Positions 27,151-38,205 are shown, counted from the first letter of the stretch. The stretch: 64,000 bases of DNA from a virus (IMGVR_UViG_3300042472_000628:37455-101454), one strand, 5' to 3'. Numbers and translations: made by a program. Notes: generated from the sequence alone by a model not told the origin.

Positions 27151-27719
27151 TATTAGTAATAGACGATTTTATTAAAGACAAAGAATTATTAAGAGAAATA
27201 TCTCAAGATGTAAACTTCTTCAATGATCCAGGTATTTATTACTGGTGGGATGGTTGGTGGAACGGTGAAGCAAAGACTGTAAAACATAGATTAATCGAGG
27301 CTATTTGGGCAGATAACTGTCCACTTAGCCAACCGATGTCTATTAGAGGTTTTGAATACTGGACTGGAATTCAAACAGCTAACACAGAAACTGGATTCAG
27401 CAATAACTTAGGTAATCATTATGACAAAGATGAGGAACTATATGCACTTACAGGTGAAATAGTAACACCATCAATTGGCACAGTATATTATCCAGAACAA
27501 GATCAATTTGAAGGTGGTATGTTAGAAATTTATACTGAAGGTATTGATAAAAAACCAGAAGTAGTTTATGCCAAACCTAATAGATTAATAATTTTTGATG
27601 CTGGAAAATATGTACATGCAGTGACTCAAGTAACTCAAGGTACTAGAAAAGCTATAGCTATTAATCTATGGCTGACAGAACCAATGGGTAAACAAAACGG
27701 CGCTATGCGCATAGAATAG
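27147..27719 (+). CDS. 2OG-Fe(II) oxygenase (prolyl-4-hydroxylase-like)
   Basis: HYDKD (HxD), GGMLEI, KPNRLIIFD, distal H in YVHAV, RKAIAIN. Confidence 0.85.
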   Translation: MILVIDDFIKDKELLREISQDVNFFNDPGIYYWWDGWWNGEAKTVKHRLIEAIWADNCPLSQPMSIRGFEYWTGIQTANTETGFSNNLGNHYDKDEELYALTGEIVTPSIGTVYYPEQDQFEGGMLEIYTEGIDKKPEVVYAKPNRLIIFDAGKYVHAVTQVTQGTRKAIAINLWLTEPMGKQNGAMRIE

Positions 27720-27742
27720 AAATACAATTAAAAATAAACAAC

Positions 27743-29059
27743 ATGCAATTCGGACAAGACTTTGAAAAAATATTCTTTAGATTATCCTTAGTTAAAACTA
27801 AGTATTTAAAAAGCATTAAAGCTGGATTTTATACTTCTCAGGAAATTGATATTTTAAGTCAATTGTCTAATAAGTTCTTTGAGCGTTTTAATGAAACACC
27901 AAAAAGAGATCAATTACAAATGTTGATCCAAAGAAGTGAAAAGGCCAAAGAAAAAGTTACAGAAGATATTTTAAATATTATCTTTGAAGTAGACTTAGAT
28001 CAATATGACGAAGAATGGTTAACTACCACAGCTGAAGCCTGGATCAAATGGCGAACATTTGATACTTCATTGATCGATACCATAGAATTTATTAAAACTA
28101 CTCAGGTAACACCTGAAAACGTCGACAGTATAGTTCAAAAGGTTAAAGGTCTTATTAATGATAGAAATAATTTATCATTTAATTCAGATCTAGGATTAGA
28201 CTTCTTCGAAGTTGATTCTCACGATCAAAAAGACACCGAAAAAGTTAGTACTGGATATAACTTCTTAGACAGAATGTTAGGTGGTGGTTATGACAAAGGT
28301 GGAAACTTAATCGTTTATGCAGGTGAACAAAACATTGGAAAATCTATTTACTTAGCAAATGATGCTGCAAACTTTGTTAAAATGGGAACAAACACCGTTG
28401 TTGTAACAGCAGAGATGGCAGCTCATAAATTCATTAAACGTATTGGTTCTAATTTATTAACTATTAATATCAATGAATATGGTGATAAAGCAAAAAACAA
28501 AGAACATATTCAAAGAAGATTAGAAACCGTAGGTGATGGACTAACTCCTCCAGGATCTTTATTCGTAAAACAATTTCCGACATCACAAGCAACAGTATTA
28601 GATATTGAAGCTTATGTGAATCAAATTGAAGAGGAAAGACAAATTAAAGTTGGTGCAGTTGTAATTGACTACATCAATATCTTAGCAAACTACAGAAACC
28701 AAAATACAGAAAACACATACATGAAGATCAAGCAAATTGCAGAAGATCTTAGAGCTATGGGTATTCGTAATAACTGGTTAATTGTAACAGCAACACAGAT
28801 TACAAGAAATGGTTACAATTCATCAGACATTGGTATGACTGACATTGCAGAATCTGCAGGACTTTCACATACAGCAGATATTATGTTAGGTATTATTCAA
28901 GACGATTTAATGAGAGCTAATAATGAATACTGGCTTAAAGTTTTAAAAATCAGAGATGGTGAAGGAAAAGGAACAAAATGTAAATTAAACATTAATTGGA
29001 ATTATATGAGGTTAATAGAAACAGAAGAAACCACAAACTCCAATTTACACAGTATATAA
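27743..29059 (+). CDS. gp41: Replicative DnaB-like helicase
   Basis: GEQNIGKS, TAEM, VIDYINI, TATQITR, AESAGL, LKIRDG. Confidence 0.92.
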   Translation: MQFGQDFEKIFFRLSLVKTKYLKSIKAGFYTSQEIDILSQLSNKFFERFNETPKRDQLQMLIQRSEKAKEKVTEDILNIIFEVDLDQYDEEWLTTTAEAWIKWRTFDTSLIDTIEFIKTTQVTPENVDSIVQKVKGLINDRNNLSFNSDLGLDFFEVDSHDQKDTEKVSTGYNFLDRMLGGGYDKGGNLIVYAGEQNIGKSIYLANDAANFVKMGTNTVVVTAEMAAHKFIKRIGSNLLTININEYGDKAKNKEHIQRRLETVGDGLTPPGSLFVKQFPTSQATVLDIEAYVNQIEEERQIKVGAVVIDYINILANYRNQNTENTYMKIKQIAEDLRAMGIRNNWLIVTATQITRNGYNSSDIGMTDIAESAGLSHTADIMLGIIQDDLMRANNEYWLKVLKIRDGEGKGTKCKLNINWNYMRLIETEETTNSNLHSI

Positions 29060-29061
29060 TT

Positions 29062-29496
29062 ATGACAAACGATAAAATCTTTAACAACAATTTCGAATCT
29101 CCAGACACTGAATTCGGTAACATAAACTTTGAATTAGATTCGGCTACTAAGGACAATCAAGACGAAGAGGATAAAATTCATTATGAATTAATCGCAAGAG
29201 AAATTCATCAATTAATTACAGCTTCAAGATTCAAAGTATTTAACAATGTGGATGAATTAGGTAGATGTACAACACTGAAAAAATCAGACATCAATGATGT
29301 TTATGGATATATCACAGATGAAATGGCTGAAAAAAATAGTCGTATAGATATTTTCAGCGAGTTGTGTATTTATTTTGACATTAATCCTACTAAATTTTAT
29401 AGTTCATTATCTAACGTATACAAAGAAGATCTAATCCAAGAATTAGATTTACGAACAGGTATATTGAAGAGAAAGAATATAATGAAACTTTTCTAA
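29062..29496 (+). CDS. Hypothetical protein
   Basis: ORF; start reassigned to the ATG at 29062 to avoid overlap with gp41. Confidence 0.7.
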   Translation: MTNDKIFNNNFESPDTEFGNINFELDSATKDNQDEEDKIHYELIAREIHQLITASRFKVFNNVDELGRCTTLKKSDINDVYGYITDEMAEKNSRIDIFSELCIYFDINPTKFYSSLSNVYKEDLIQELDLRTGILKRKNIMKLF

Positions 29497-29497
29497 A

Positions 29498-30613
29498 ATG
29501 ATAGAACCAAGCGTTTTTAAAAAAGGTGCCAATAGAATATGGGTACTCGGTGATTTACACTTTGGTGTAAGAGCAAATTCAGTAGAGTGGTTAGAAATTC
29601 AAAAACAATTCTTTGAAGAAGTTTTTATACCAACTCTTATTGCAAATGTAAAACCAGGTGATGTACTAATACAAGTAGGTGATACTTTCGATAATAGACA
29701 ATCTATTAATATCAAAGTATTAAACTATGCTGTGAATCTTTTTGAAAGATTAGGTAAAATTCTACCAGTGCATGTTATCTGTGGAAATCATGATATTTGG
29801 GCTAAGAATTCAAATGATGTTACTTCAATTGATTCACTTAAATGGATCCCTAATGTACAGATCTATAAAGAACCTAAAATTTTAGAATGGTCAGGTAAGA
29901 AAATCTTAATGATGCCATGGAGAAGAGATACAGCACATGAAACCGAAACTCTAGCAAATTTCCCACAAGCACAAATAGTATTTTGTCATTCTGAAGTGAA
30001 AGGTATTTACTTAAATGCTAAAGTTAAAAATGAACACGGTACTGATTCCAATGTATATGACAAGTATACGAGAGTTTATAGTGGACATATTCATTACAGA
30101 CAAGAACGTGGTAAATTATTAATGGTAGGTACACCATATCAATTAACTAGATCCGATGCAAATAATGAAAAGGGATTTGATTTGGTTGATTTAGAAGACA
30201 TGTCAGAGACTTTCTTCGTAAATGATGTATCACCTAAGTTTATAAAATACAATATCCTACAACTGTACGATATGCCATTGGGTCAATTTAAAAATCAAAT
30301 TAAAAATAATTTCGTTGATTTATTTGTACCTTCTAAGATTGCAACTACAAATGCACTTAGTCAACTTATAAACAAAATTCAAAATATTAGTAGAAAATTA
30401 GAGCCTAATATTTATCAAGAAGACAATTATATCGATAAAGATTTTTATGATATAGACGAAGTAGAAGAAATGTATAAGAATTACAATATATTAAATCTTT
30501 GTAATACTTATGTTGAGGGTTTAGGCAGCGATGATGAAACCAAAGCCAAACTTAAAGAAAAACTTAAAATACTGTACAATCAATGTGCATACAATAACGG
30601 TAATGAAATATGA
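29498..30613 (+). CDS. gp47: Mre11/SbcD-like recombination nuclease
   Basis: GDLHFG, GDTFD, GNHD, SGHIH. Confidence 0.92.
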   Translation: MIEPSVFKKGANRIWVLGDLHFGVRANSVEWLEIQKQFFEEVFIPTLIANVKPGDVLIQVGDTFDNRQSINIKVLNYAVNLFERLGKILPVHVICGNHDIWAKNSNDVTSIDSLKWIPNVQIYKEPKILEWSGKKILMMPWRRDTAHETETLANFPQAQIVFCHSEVKGIYLNAKVKNEHGTDSNVYDKYTRVYSGHIHYRQERGKLLMVGTPYQLTRSDANNEKGFDLVDLEDMSETFFVNDVSPKFIKYNILQLYDMPLGQFKNQIKNNFVDLFVPSKIATTNALSQLINKIQNISRKLEPNIYQEDNYIDKDFYDIDEVEEMYKNYNILNLCNTYVEGLGSDDETKAKLKEKLKILYNQCAYNNGNEI

Positions 30614-32280
30614 GAATAGACTTTATAGAATTTAAAAACTTTGCTTCATATGGGAATCAATTACAACGATTAGAATTTGAAGAAGATCAATCTAAATTAT
30701 TCTTAACATTAGGCAAGAATGGCGATGGTAAAACTACTATCGCTAATGCCATTATATATGCTTTGTATGGTAGAATTGAAGGTGTAAAGCTATCAGATCT
30801 TCCAAACAGAATTAATAAAGAACTACATGTTAAAATAGGTTTAAAATGTGGTGCAATAAATGTAGAAATCGAAAGAGGTTTAATGCCTAATAAATTTAGC
30901 GTTAAATTAAATGGAGTAGATTTTGATAAAGCTGGTAAAAAATCAGTACAAGATTATCTAGAAGAGGAAATCTTTGGAATACCATATCATGTATTCAAAA
31001 ACATTATTATTTTATCAGTTAATGACTTTAAGTCATTTTTAACCATGTCTAATCAAGATAAAAAACAAATCATTGATAAGATGTTTGGTTTTTCAATTCT
31101 TAATGATATGCAAACTGCAATTAAGAACGAAAGAAGATCTGTTAAAATGGACATTGATTCTTATGAATCAGAATTAGCACAGATATTAGACTCTATTGCA
31201 TCAGTAAGAGGCAAACTTAATACATTATTAGAAGAATCACAGCAAAAGAACAATTCTAAAATAGATGAATTAAAGGCAAGCTTACTTGAATTAAATGAAA
31301 CTGTAAAAGCTCTTGATTTAGAGAAAACACAAGTAGACGCAGATATTAAAACAGATTCAGAATCATATGAAACTGTAAGATCCAGTGCATCTACATTGAA
31401 ACATGAGATTGAATATCTTAAAAGAAAGTTGGAACTATATGAGAGTGGAAAATGTCCAACATGCGAAACTCAATTAGATAGTCAATGGCACATAGATCAA
31501 AAAGAACACTTTTGTTCTAAAATAGAAACAGACACAAATAGTATTAAAACACTTAAGGATTCATTAGATACATTAAAAACTAATATTGATACGCTTAAAG
31601 AAAATAAAAGAATTCTAGAAAAGAAAGCCAATGATATTAGATATAATATGAAAACTTTCAAGACAGAACTCTTAAAATTAAAGGACACACCAGATGACCA
31701 ACAATTTGAACATCTTAAAACATTAATCGAAGATTTCGAAACAAAAGAATCAGAAAAATCTTTAAGCAAAGATGATCTTAGTATAAATTACAATTTCATG
31801 GAAATTGTTGAACAGGTTTTAGGTGAAGATGGTGTTAAGAATTTAGCTGTTAAAACTATTTTACCAGGATTAAATACTAATATCGCTGCAATGAGTCAAA
31901 CGATGCACTTGCCATTCCATATTAGATTTGATGAAAAGTTCAATTGCATTATTAACCACTTAGGTGAAGATATTAATCCAATGACACTTTCAACAGGTGA
32001 AAGAAAAAAGGCAGATTTTATTATTATCATTGCAATTATTAAAATTCTTAAATTAAGATTTCCACAATTAAACTTATTATTCTTAGATGAGTTATTAAGT
32101 TCAGTTGACCATGATGGTGTTTACAATATCCTAAAGATCTTGAACCAAGTCATCAAAGAAAATAAGATAAATACCTTTGTGATAAATCACTCAGTTTTAC
32201 CTCATGAAATCTTTGATAAGAAAATACAGATTTATCGTGAAAATGGATTCTCTAAGTTTACTATAGAAACCATTGACTAA
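30610..32280 (+). CDS. gp46: Rad50/SbcC-like ATPase
   Basis: GKNGDGKT, coiled coil, Zn hook CPTC, LSTGE, LFLDE, INH. Confidence 0.93.
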   Translation: MRIDFIEFKNFASYGNQLQRLEFEEDQSKLFLTLGKNGDGKTTIANAIIYALYGRIEGVKLSDLPNRINKELHVKIGLKCGAINVEIERGLMPNKFSVKLNGVDFDKAGKKSVQDYLEEEIFGIPYHVFKNIIILSVNDFKSFLTMSNQDKKQIIDKMFGFSILNDMQTAIKNERRSVKMDIDSYESELAQILDSIASVRGKLNTLLEESQQKNNSKIDELKASLLELNETVKALDLEKTQVDADIKTDSESYETVRSSASTLKHEIEYLKRKLELYESGKCPTCETQLDSQWHIDQKEHFCSKIETDTNSIKTLKDSLDTLKTNIDTLKENKRILEKKANDIRYNMKTFKTELLKLKDTPDDQQFEHLKTLIEDFETKESEKSLSKDDLSINYNFMEIVEQVLGEDGVKNLAVKTILPGLNTNIAAMSQTMHLPFHIRFDEKFNCIINHLGEDINPMTLSTGERKKADFIIIIAIIKILKLRFPQLNLLFLDELLSSVDHDGVYNILKILNQVIKENKINTFVINHSVLPHEIFDKKIQIYRENGFSKFTIETID

Positions 32281-32298
32281 AAATAGAATATATAATAA

Positions 32299-33438
32299 AT
32301 GGCAACGTATAACTTAAAATACAACAAAGACGATAGCGTTATAAGACACATTATAATTGGTCTTTTAGCAGATCTAAATAGTAAGCTTAGTTTTTTTAGA
32401 CAAATATCTAATGACGAGCGAGTTATTGTAGATGTTCCATTTTATTATGCAGTTTCAGGTGATGACAATTTCATTAAGGATAACTTTTTATTTTCTAATG
32501 TAAATGGACCAAGCTGTGATCCTGATGGTGACTATGCTAATGGTAACTATGATTCAGTACCACGAGGTATTGTTAATCTAACATCATTTTCAATAGATCC
32601 TTCTAAATTAGTTAACAAAAGAAATCTTGGTAATTATTCTATGATGAATGCACAAGGTTTAATGGAAGGTTATGTTGCTGAATTCGAAATGATTCCAGTG
32701 GTTATAAGTGTAGATGTTGAAATTCTTTTATCTAGTCAATTAGATACATTCAAACTTACAGAAGCCATTGTTAAAAAAATGTACAAAGCTAATTTCTTTC
32801 ACGTTGATGCTGGCCATTTAGAAGAAGGTTTATATAGAATTTCATCAGAATACATGATGCCAGATGATTATACACAAGAACGTCCTATTGAATACGGTTT
32901 TGATGATAAAGACAATTATAAGATAACATTTAGTTTAGAAATTAATACATTTATACCTTCATTCGATTTCGAAGAAGACATCTATACTAAATATACTAGA
33001 TCGGTATATACTAACGCAATAGTTGGAAATTATGAAGATCCTAATTTAGTTACATTAGATGCTACAGCACTATATGCAGATATTGCACCAGGTGATATGC
33101 CAAATCCAATACGATATTATGATAATAATGGTTCAATATGGGAATGGAATGCAGAAACTATGTCTTGGGTTCTAGTAGGTTACTTAGAGCGCGATCCAGT
33201 CCAGCATGAAACCGAAAATGCATTTGTATTAGGTTTAACAGTAGATACTTCAACATTCGGTGAATTATTAAATACAAACTCTCAATTCTTAAGAACTTCT
33301 GTTAGAAGAAAAAATTCAAATAGAATGTTTGCGTTTAGACAAACTTCAGATTATAAAGAAGGAACTCCAGATAAAGATAAGCCTATTTTGGGTGATAACA
33401 GAGATATTACATCTACTACACTCCCATTCACTGAATAA
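32299..33438 (+). CDS. Tail terminator / sheath stabiliser (gp15-like) with C-terminal extension
   Basis: IRHIIIGLLADLN...VPFYY...PRG...PV pattern of gp15-like proteins; late-type promoter at 32287. Confidence 0.55.
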   Translation: MATYNLKYNKDDSVIRHIIIGLLADLNSKLSFFRQISNDERVIVDVPFYYAVSGDDNFIKDNFLFSNVNGPSCDPDGDYANGNYDSVPRGIVNLTSFSIDPSKLVNKRNLGNYSMMNAQGLMEGYVAEFEMIPVVISVDVEILLSSQLDTFKLTEAIVKKMYKANFFHVDAGHLEEGLYRISSEYMMPDDYTQERPIEYGFDDKDNYKITFSLEINTFIPSFDFEEDIYTKYTRSVYTNAIVGNYEDPNLVTLDATALYADIAPGDMPNPIRYYDNNGSIWEWNAETMSWVLVGYLERDPVQHETENAFVLGLTVDTSTFGELLNTNSQFLRTSVRRKNSNRMFAFRQTSDYKEGTPDKDKPILGDNRDITSTTLPFTE

Positions 33439-33472
33439 ACAAAAGATATATATAAAAAATTAAATAACACAA

Positions 33473-34657
33473 ATGGCAAAATTAAACAAAGGAATTGTTT
33501 CTCCTGTTATAGAATCTAAACAAGGATTTGTATTTCATGCAGGTGGACAAAATTTCAGAATGACAGGAAGTCACATTGAAAAATTTGAAAATGTTTCAGA
33601 AGACTTTAATGCTCTAGTTAAAGCAAATGAAATGTTTAACATAACTAGCGAAGGTATTTCATTTTATTATGATTACAATAATAAGAAAACCATTTCTAAA
33701 ATTGAAGAATCAGCTATGGCTAATTTTGATAAATTAGTTGGTTTAAATGAAAAGATTGATTTCTTAAACGAAAACATTAAATCATACAAAGTAGCTGGTA
33801 AAACATTGGCAGTAACTGAAGTTGAAAATGAATTGAAAGTTTTAGAATCATTAAGATCTAATGTACTTACAAAATCAATAGTTGTTAAATTATCATATAA
33901 CGTTTCTGAGAATAAGTTTTATGCAGGTAATGTAGAACTAGCATTCTCACCTTCAATAGCTCTGGCTGAGTCTATGTTAGCAGCGGCTTACATTAGATAT
34001 GAAGATAAAGCATTGATCAACTTATTTGAATTTGCATCTAAAAACTTCAATCACTATAATGTATTAGAATTCATTTCAGAATCTAAAGATGGTGATGTTA
34101 GAGTTTTAGCAATGAGAACTGAAAGTAATGTATTTGTTTATAAAATTAATGAATCTACTAAGATCGATAAATTCTCTAAATTACTAGCAGATGCTGCAAT
34201 TGATTATGTTGCAGAAAGTACAGGAGCAGATATTACACCAATGGTTGAAGATATTTTAGAATCTTACAAAGAAAGAAGAGCGGCTAAATCAGAGAAAACT
34301 CAATTGATGTATGAAATGATCGCATTCTTAAAAGATCAAAAGGGTAGATTATCTGAAGCTAATAGAAACTTACCAGACATTAAAGCTGCAGATCAATTAT
34401 TAAATGCTGAAATCACAAGAATTTCAGAAGAATTAACAGAATTACAGAACGAAGACTTATTAACAAAAGACGATGGATATGTAGATGCAGAAATTACAGT
34501 AGAATCTGAAGGTTTACCAAAAGGTTCTAAAGTTAAAGTTGATGCATTAGAATTTACAGGAAAAGGTAAATCAGATATATTAACAGTATTTGTTAAAGAT
34601 GAACCATTAAGAGTAGAAAAGAATAAACTTCAAATTTCAGCCGAAGATTCTATATAA
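33473..34657 (+). CDS. Hypothetical late protein, possibly head-internal
   Basis: GATATATA at 33445; several (V/I/L)xE-S/N sites; coiled-coil stretches. Confidence 0.5.
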   Translation: MAKLNKGIVSPVIESKQGFVFHAGGQNFRMTGSHIEKFENVSEDFNALVKANEMFNITSEGISFYYDYNNKKTISKIEESAMANFDKLVGLNEKIDFLNENIKSYKVAGKTLAVTEVENELKVLESLRSNVLTKSIVVKLSYNVSENKFYAGNVELAFSPSIALAESMLAAAYIRYEDKALINLFEFASKNFNHYNVLEFISESKDGDVRVLAMRTESNVFVYKINESTKIDKFSKLLADAAIDYVAESTGADITPMVEDILESYKERRAAKSEKTQLMYEMIAFLKDQKGRLSEANRNLPDIKAADQLLNAEITRISEELTELQNEDLLTKDDGYVDAEITVESEGLPKGSKVKVDALEFTGKGKSDILTVFVKDEPLRVEKNKLQISAEDSI

Positions 34658-34676
34658 ACTCACATAATATTTAAGT

Positions 34677-34708
34677 AAAGCCCAATTGGAAACAGTTGGG
34701 CTTTTTTT
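34677..34708 (+). terminator. Rho-independent terminator with an embedded GAAAC promoter box
   Basis: AAAGCCCAA ... TTGGGCTTT followed by a T tract. Confidence 0.8.
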
Positions 34709-34716
34709 AGTATAAG
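34689..34716 (+). promoter_or_regulatory. Putative middle promoter GAAAC-N17-TATAAG for gp55
   Basis: Fixed spacing; sits upstream of the late sigma gene. Confidence 0.65.
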
Positions 34717-34735
34717 ATTAAACATATTACGCGAA

Positions 34736-35119
34736 ATGGCAAAAAAGAAAAATTACTTAAACAACAAGGATCTATTCGATGCGATTGTAGAATCAAAAGA
34801 ATTAGACAAGTTAACACCAACAGCAGAAAAAATGCTAGTGTTATTGGCCGAACGAGCTATTAATAAATTAAGTTATGTTAACAGCGATGATAGAGATGAT
34901 TGCTTACAGTTTGCATTATTAGATCTATTAAAATATTGGAGAAACTTCAATCCTAAATATCCTAATGCATTTGCATATTTTACAGAAATTGCAAAACGAG
35001 GATATGCCAAAGGTTGGAATAAAATTCATCCACTTAAATACAAAGGTACATTATCAATTGATCGCATTTCAACAGGTGGTTCAAGCGAAGATGGTGGCGG
35101 TGGAATGTTCAACATTTAA
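34736..35119 (+). CDS. gp55: Late-transcription sigma factor (gp55-like)
   Basis: NYLNNKDLF, DDCLQFAL, NFNP..PNAFAYFTEIA. Confidence 0.85.
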   Translation: MAKKKNYLNNKDLFDAIVESKELDKLTPTAEKMLVLLAERAINKLSYVNSDDRDDCLQFALLDLLKYWRNFNPKYPNAFAYFTEIAKRGYAKGWNKIHPLKYKGTLSIDRISTGGSSEDGGGGMFNI

Positions 35120-35593
35120 ATGTCAATAAAAAATCTCAAACCCACAGGTAATTCAGGTTTTGTACAAGGATATTATACACCAAAAAATCCAGATAAGTAC
35201 ATAGGACCAATCCCAATAATCTATAGATCATCATGGGAAAGAAAGTTTATGATTATGTGTGATACTAAAGAACATGTAATCAAGTGGTCCAGTGAACCTG
35301 TTGAGATTAAATACATATGGTCATTTGATAAAAGAGAACATAAATATTATCCTGACTTTTATATGAAAGTCAAAGGCGTTGAAGGTGATGAAGAATTTCT
35401 TGTTGAAATAAAACCAGAAGCACAAATTACAAAACCAGAACCACCTAAAAAGAATAGTCAAAAGGCTTTAAAGTCTTACAAATTCTTAGTAGAGCAGTAT
35501 GTAAAAAATAGAGATAAATATACATATGCAAAGGCATGGGCAGTCAATCGAGGTTGGCGATTCATCGTCTTAACAGAAAAGTCTCTTAAATAA
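35120..35593 (+). CDS. gp4: Head completion nuclease (gp4/TnsA-like)
   Basis: PKNPDKYIG, YRSSWE, WSSE, YYPDF, VEIKP, KYTYA, LTE. Confidence 0.85.
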   Translation: MSIKNLKPTGNSGFVQGYYTPKNPDKYIGPIPIIYRSSWERKFMIMCDTKEHVIKWSSEPVEIKYIWSFDKREHKYYPDFYMKVKGVEGDEEFLVEIKPEAQITKPEPPKKNSQKALKSYKFLVEQYVKNRDKYTYAKAWAVNRGWRFIVLTEKSLK

Positions 35594-36219
35594 TGGGTAA
35601 GATAAAGCAAGATATTAAAGATTTAAGTAAAGAAGCTGGAGGTAAAATCAAAGCACGGAAAGCTGCTGAAAAATGGTTTAAGGATGCTTCAAACTCTATT
35701 AAAGATAATACAGTTGCTAAACTTAGTAAACCATTTAAAACAGGCATGATCCATGTATTTAGATATGAAAAGCCTCTAAATATTAAAACACTAGAATGGT
35801 GGGATAAAAATCCAGTAGTATTGGCTCTTGAACCACATGAGAGTGGCACAGACGTTGGTATTAATTTAAATCTTTTGCCAGTACAATTTAAAGAGGATCT
35901 TTTGGACATGATATATGACAGAATGCAGGGTCAAATTAAATCTCAGAATGGAAAATCAAAAGAAAATAATGCATTAACACAAGGTCAAATTAAATTGATT
36001 TACAAAGATGTTAAAAAGTTTTTAGTTCAATTTGGATTTGATTATGCAATTAGACAATATGTACCACAATTAAAAAAAAATCAAAAAGTAGTTTCTTATG
36101 AAAGTTGGGCTAAAATAGCACTCTGTGATTTTCAAGATCTTAATGGTATTGGAATTAATGAGGTAAAGAGAGCGTTTCAAGAGCACTTAAAAACGCGTTC
36201 AAAAAGAAAAGATATATAA
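35593..36219 (+). CDS. gp2: DNA end protector (gp2-like)
   Basis: G.IHVFRY, WDKNPVVL, GINLNLLP. Confidence 0.7.
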   Translation: MGKIKQDIKDLSKEAGGKIKARKAAEKWFKDASNSIKDNTVAKLSKPFKTGMIHVFRYEKPLNIKTLEWWDKNPVVLALEPHESGTDVGINLNLLPVQFKEDLLDMIYDRMQGQIKSQNGKSKENNALTQGQIKLIYKDVKKFLVQFGFDYAIRQYVPQLKKNQKVVSYESWAKIALCDFQDLNGIGINEVKRAFQEHLKTRSKRKDI

Positions 36220-36242
36220 ACAGAACATAATAATATAATAGT

Positions 36243-37835
36243 ATGGCAGGATTTAACGACAGAAACGGACCATTAAGTAATGGATCAAGACCTTTTAGCA
36301 TTTCAAATGCTTTAAAGTCATTGTCTTCGTTTGGTATGCGCTATGATGATTTAGTCTTAAGACAATCACAAGCAATTGGACCAATGGAAGCCGAAATTGG
36401 TTATGGTCAAATGAACCCGTTTGGTCTAGACAATGATGACATATATGGAGCATTCGCTGCAATGTCAATGACCGACATTAATTTAAGATCTAATATTCCA
36501 TTTTTTGATAAATCATATGAAAGCAAAAGAGAAGAGCTTAGAAGATTTTCACTTAACGATGAGATTGAAGATATTTTAGATATTCTTTGTGATGAGACTA
36601 TTGTATATGATGAAAAAAACTTTTTTTGTTACCCTGAAATTTTAGGTATTGATATATCTGATGATGTTGACAAAGATCTTAATAAATATTTCAGACAAAT
36701 CTATCACTACTTTGGATTTAACTCCGATCAATCGGCATGGTACTTCTTTAGAAAATTCTTAATTGATGGATATTTGGCATTTGAGATCATTTATTCACCG
36801 GATCAAAAAGAAGTTATTGGATTTAAAGAATTAGATCCTATTACACTTATCCCAGGTTATAATCACGATGATGGTAAAAAAGTTTGGGTACAATACAAAG
36901 ATGATCCAATTAGAGAACGTAAACTATATGATTCTCAAATTATATACATTTCATACTCTTCGATAACTACAGCATCGAGAGTTTCTTACATCGAAAGATT
37001 AACAAGAGCATTTAACTTATTGAGAATCATGGAACATACCAGAGTTATTTGGGCTGTTACCAATGCATCTTTTAGAATGAAATTTGTTATACCTGTCGGT
37101 GGTAAATCTAAGACTAGAGCGAAGCAATCACTTTCTCAGTTAATGAACTCTTATAAAGAATCAGTAGATTTTGATTGGGAATCAGGTACATTAGCAACAG
37201 ATGGTAAACCAATGTTACAATTTAGTAAAGAGTATTGGCTGCCTTCGAAAGACGGTGAATCACCAGAAATTGAAACACTTAACAGTGATGGACCAGATTT
37301 ATCAGATACAGAAGCACTTAAATATTTCTCAGATAAATTAAAACACGTTTCAAAAATCCCTTACTCAAGATTCTTATATGAAGATGGTGGTGGAGATTTT
37401 AACTTGGCTGCTGATGGTATGATTAGAGATGAGATTAAATTTGGTAAATTTATCAAACGTTTAAGATCGATCTTTATGGAAATTTTATCTAAGCCATTAT
37501 TTATTCAAATGTGTCTTAAATACCCAGAATTTACAAACGATCCACAATTTAAAACACAAGTTGCCCTAAGATTTAATGAAGAGAACGTATTCTCAGAATT
37601 AAAAGACATGGAATTAATGGAAAAACGATTAGAATTCATCGGTACTATGAGAGATAGCTTGATGACAACTAATCAAGAAACAATGGAAGAAGAATACTAC
37701 TTTGATCAAGAATACCTAGTTAAGAAATATCTTAAACTAAGTGATGATGAAATTAGAGGTAACGAAGCTGCTAAATCTAAGTTAAAGAAAACAACGGCCC
37801 AAGAGCCAGAAGCTGAAGATCCATTCGCAATGTAA
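36243..37835 (+). CDS. gp20: Portal protein
   Basis: EIEDILDILCDE, FLIDG, YWLP, EIETL, LKYF, VSKIPYSR, RDEIKFGKFIKRLR. Confidence 0.93.
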   Translation: MAGFNDRNGPLSNGSRPFSISNALKSLSSFGMRYDDLVLRQSQAIGPMEAEIGYGQMNPFGLDNDDIYGAFAAMSMTDINLRSNIPFFDKSYESKREELRRFSLNDEIEDILDILCDETIVYDEKNFFCYPEILGIDISDDVDKDLNKYFRQIYHYFGFNSDQSAWYFFRKFLIDGYLAFEIIYSPDQKEVIGFKELDPITLIPGYNHDDGKKVWVQYKDDPIRERKLYDSQIIYISYSSITTASRVSYIERLTRAFNLLRIMEHTRVIWAVTNASFRMKFVIPVGGKSKTRAKQSLSQLMNSYKESVDFDWESGTLATDGKPMLQFSKEYWLPSKDGESPEIETLNSDGPDLSDTEALKYFSDKLKHVSKIPYSRFLYEDGGGDFNLAADGMIRDEIKFGKFIKRLRSIFMEILSKPLFIQMCLKYPEFTNDPQFKTQVALRFNEENVFSELKDMELMEKRLEFIGTMRDSLMTTNQETMEEEYYFDQEYLVKKYLKLSDDEIRGNEAAKSKLKKTTAQEPEAEDPFAM

Positions 37836-37863
37836 ATTATTCACGAAAAAAGATATATAAATT

Positions 37864-38205
37864 ATGAAAATTATTAAAACATTTGAAGACTTCTTAACTG
37901 AAGACGCTTTAAGAGCTGGAGAAGATTCACAAGTAGTTATCGATGATATCGATTTAGATTCAGGTTCTACTATAAAAGCAGCTGAAATTTTAGGAGCTAT
38001 TTCTGCCTCTATCACAGATGAAGAGTTTAAACAGTACTTCTATGATGAATACGGAGAGAATGCTTTCGGTGAAGGTGAGATTGATCAGTTAGTTAAAATA
38101 TATAACGATAAAGCTGCAGAAGACTTAGAAGCTGAGAAAGAAAAAGAAAAAGAAGCTGAAGGAGAAGAAGGCGGAGACGCTGAAGATCCACTTGCCGGGT
38201 TATAA
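37864..38205 (+). CDS. Small acidic prohead core protein (gp67/68 position) with CTS-like N-terminus
   Basis: MKIIKTFEDFLTE; lies between portal and protease. Confidence 0.55.
   Translation: MKIIKTFEDFLTEDALRAGEDSQVVIDDIDLDSGSTIKAAEILGAISASITDEEFKQYFYDEYGENAFGEGEIDQLVKIYNDKAAEDLEAEKEKEKEAEGEEGGDAEDPLAGL

Noticed and set aside
28996-29061. Upstream starts given by the track for 28996, 19915, 25301 and 55646
   Set aside because: They overlap upstream genes or promoters; the downstream ATGs have typical A-rich leaders.
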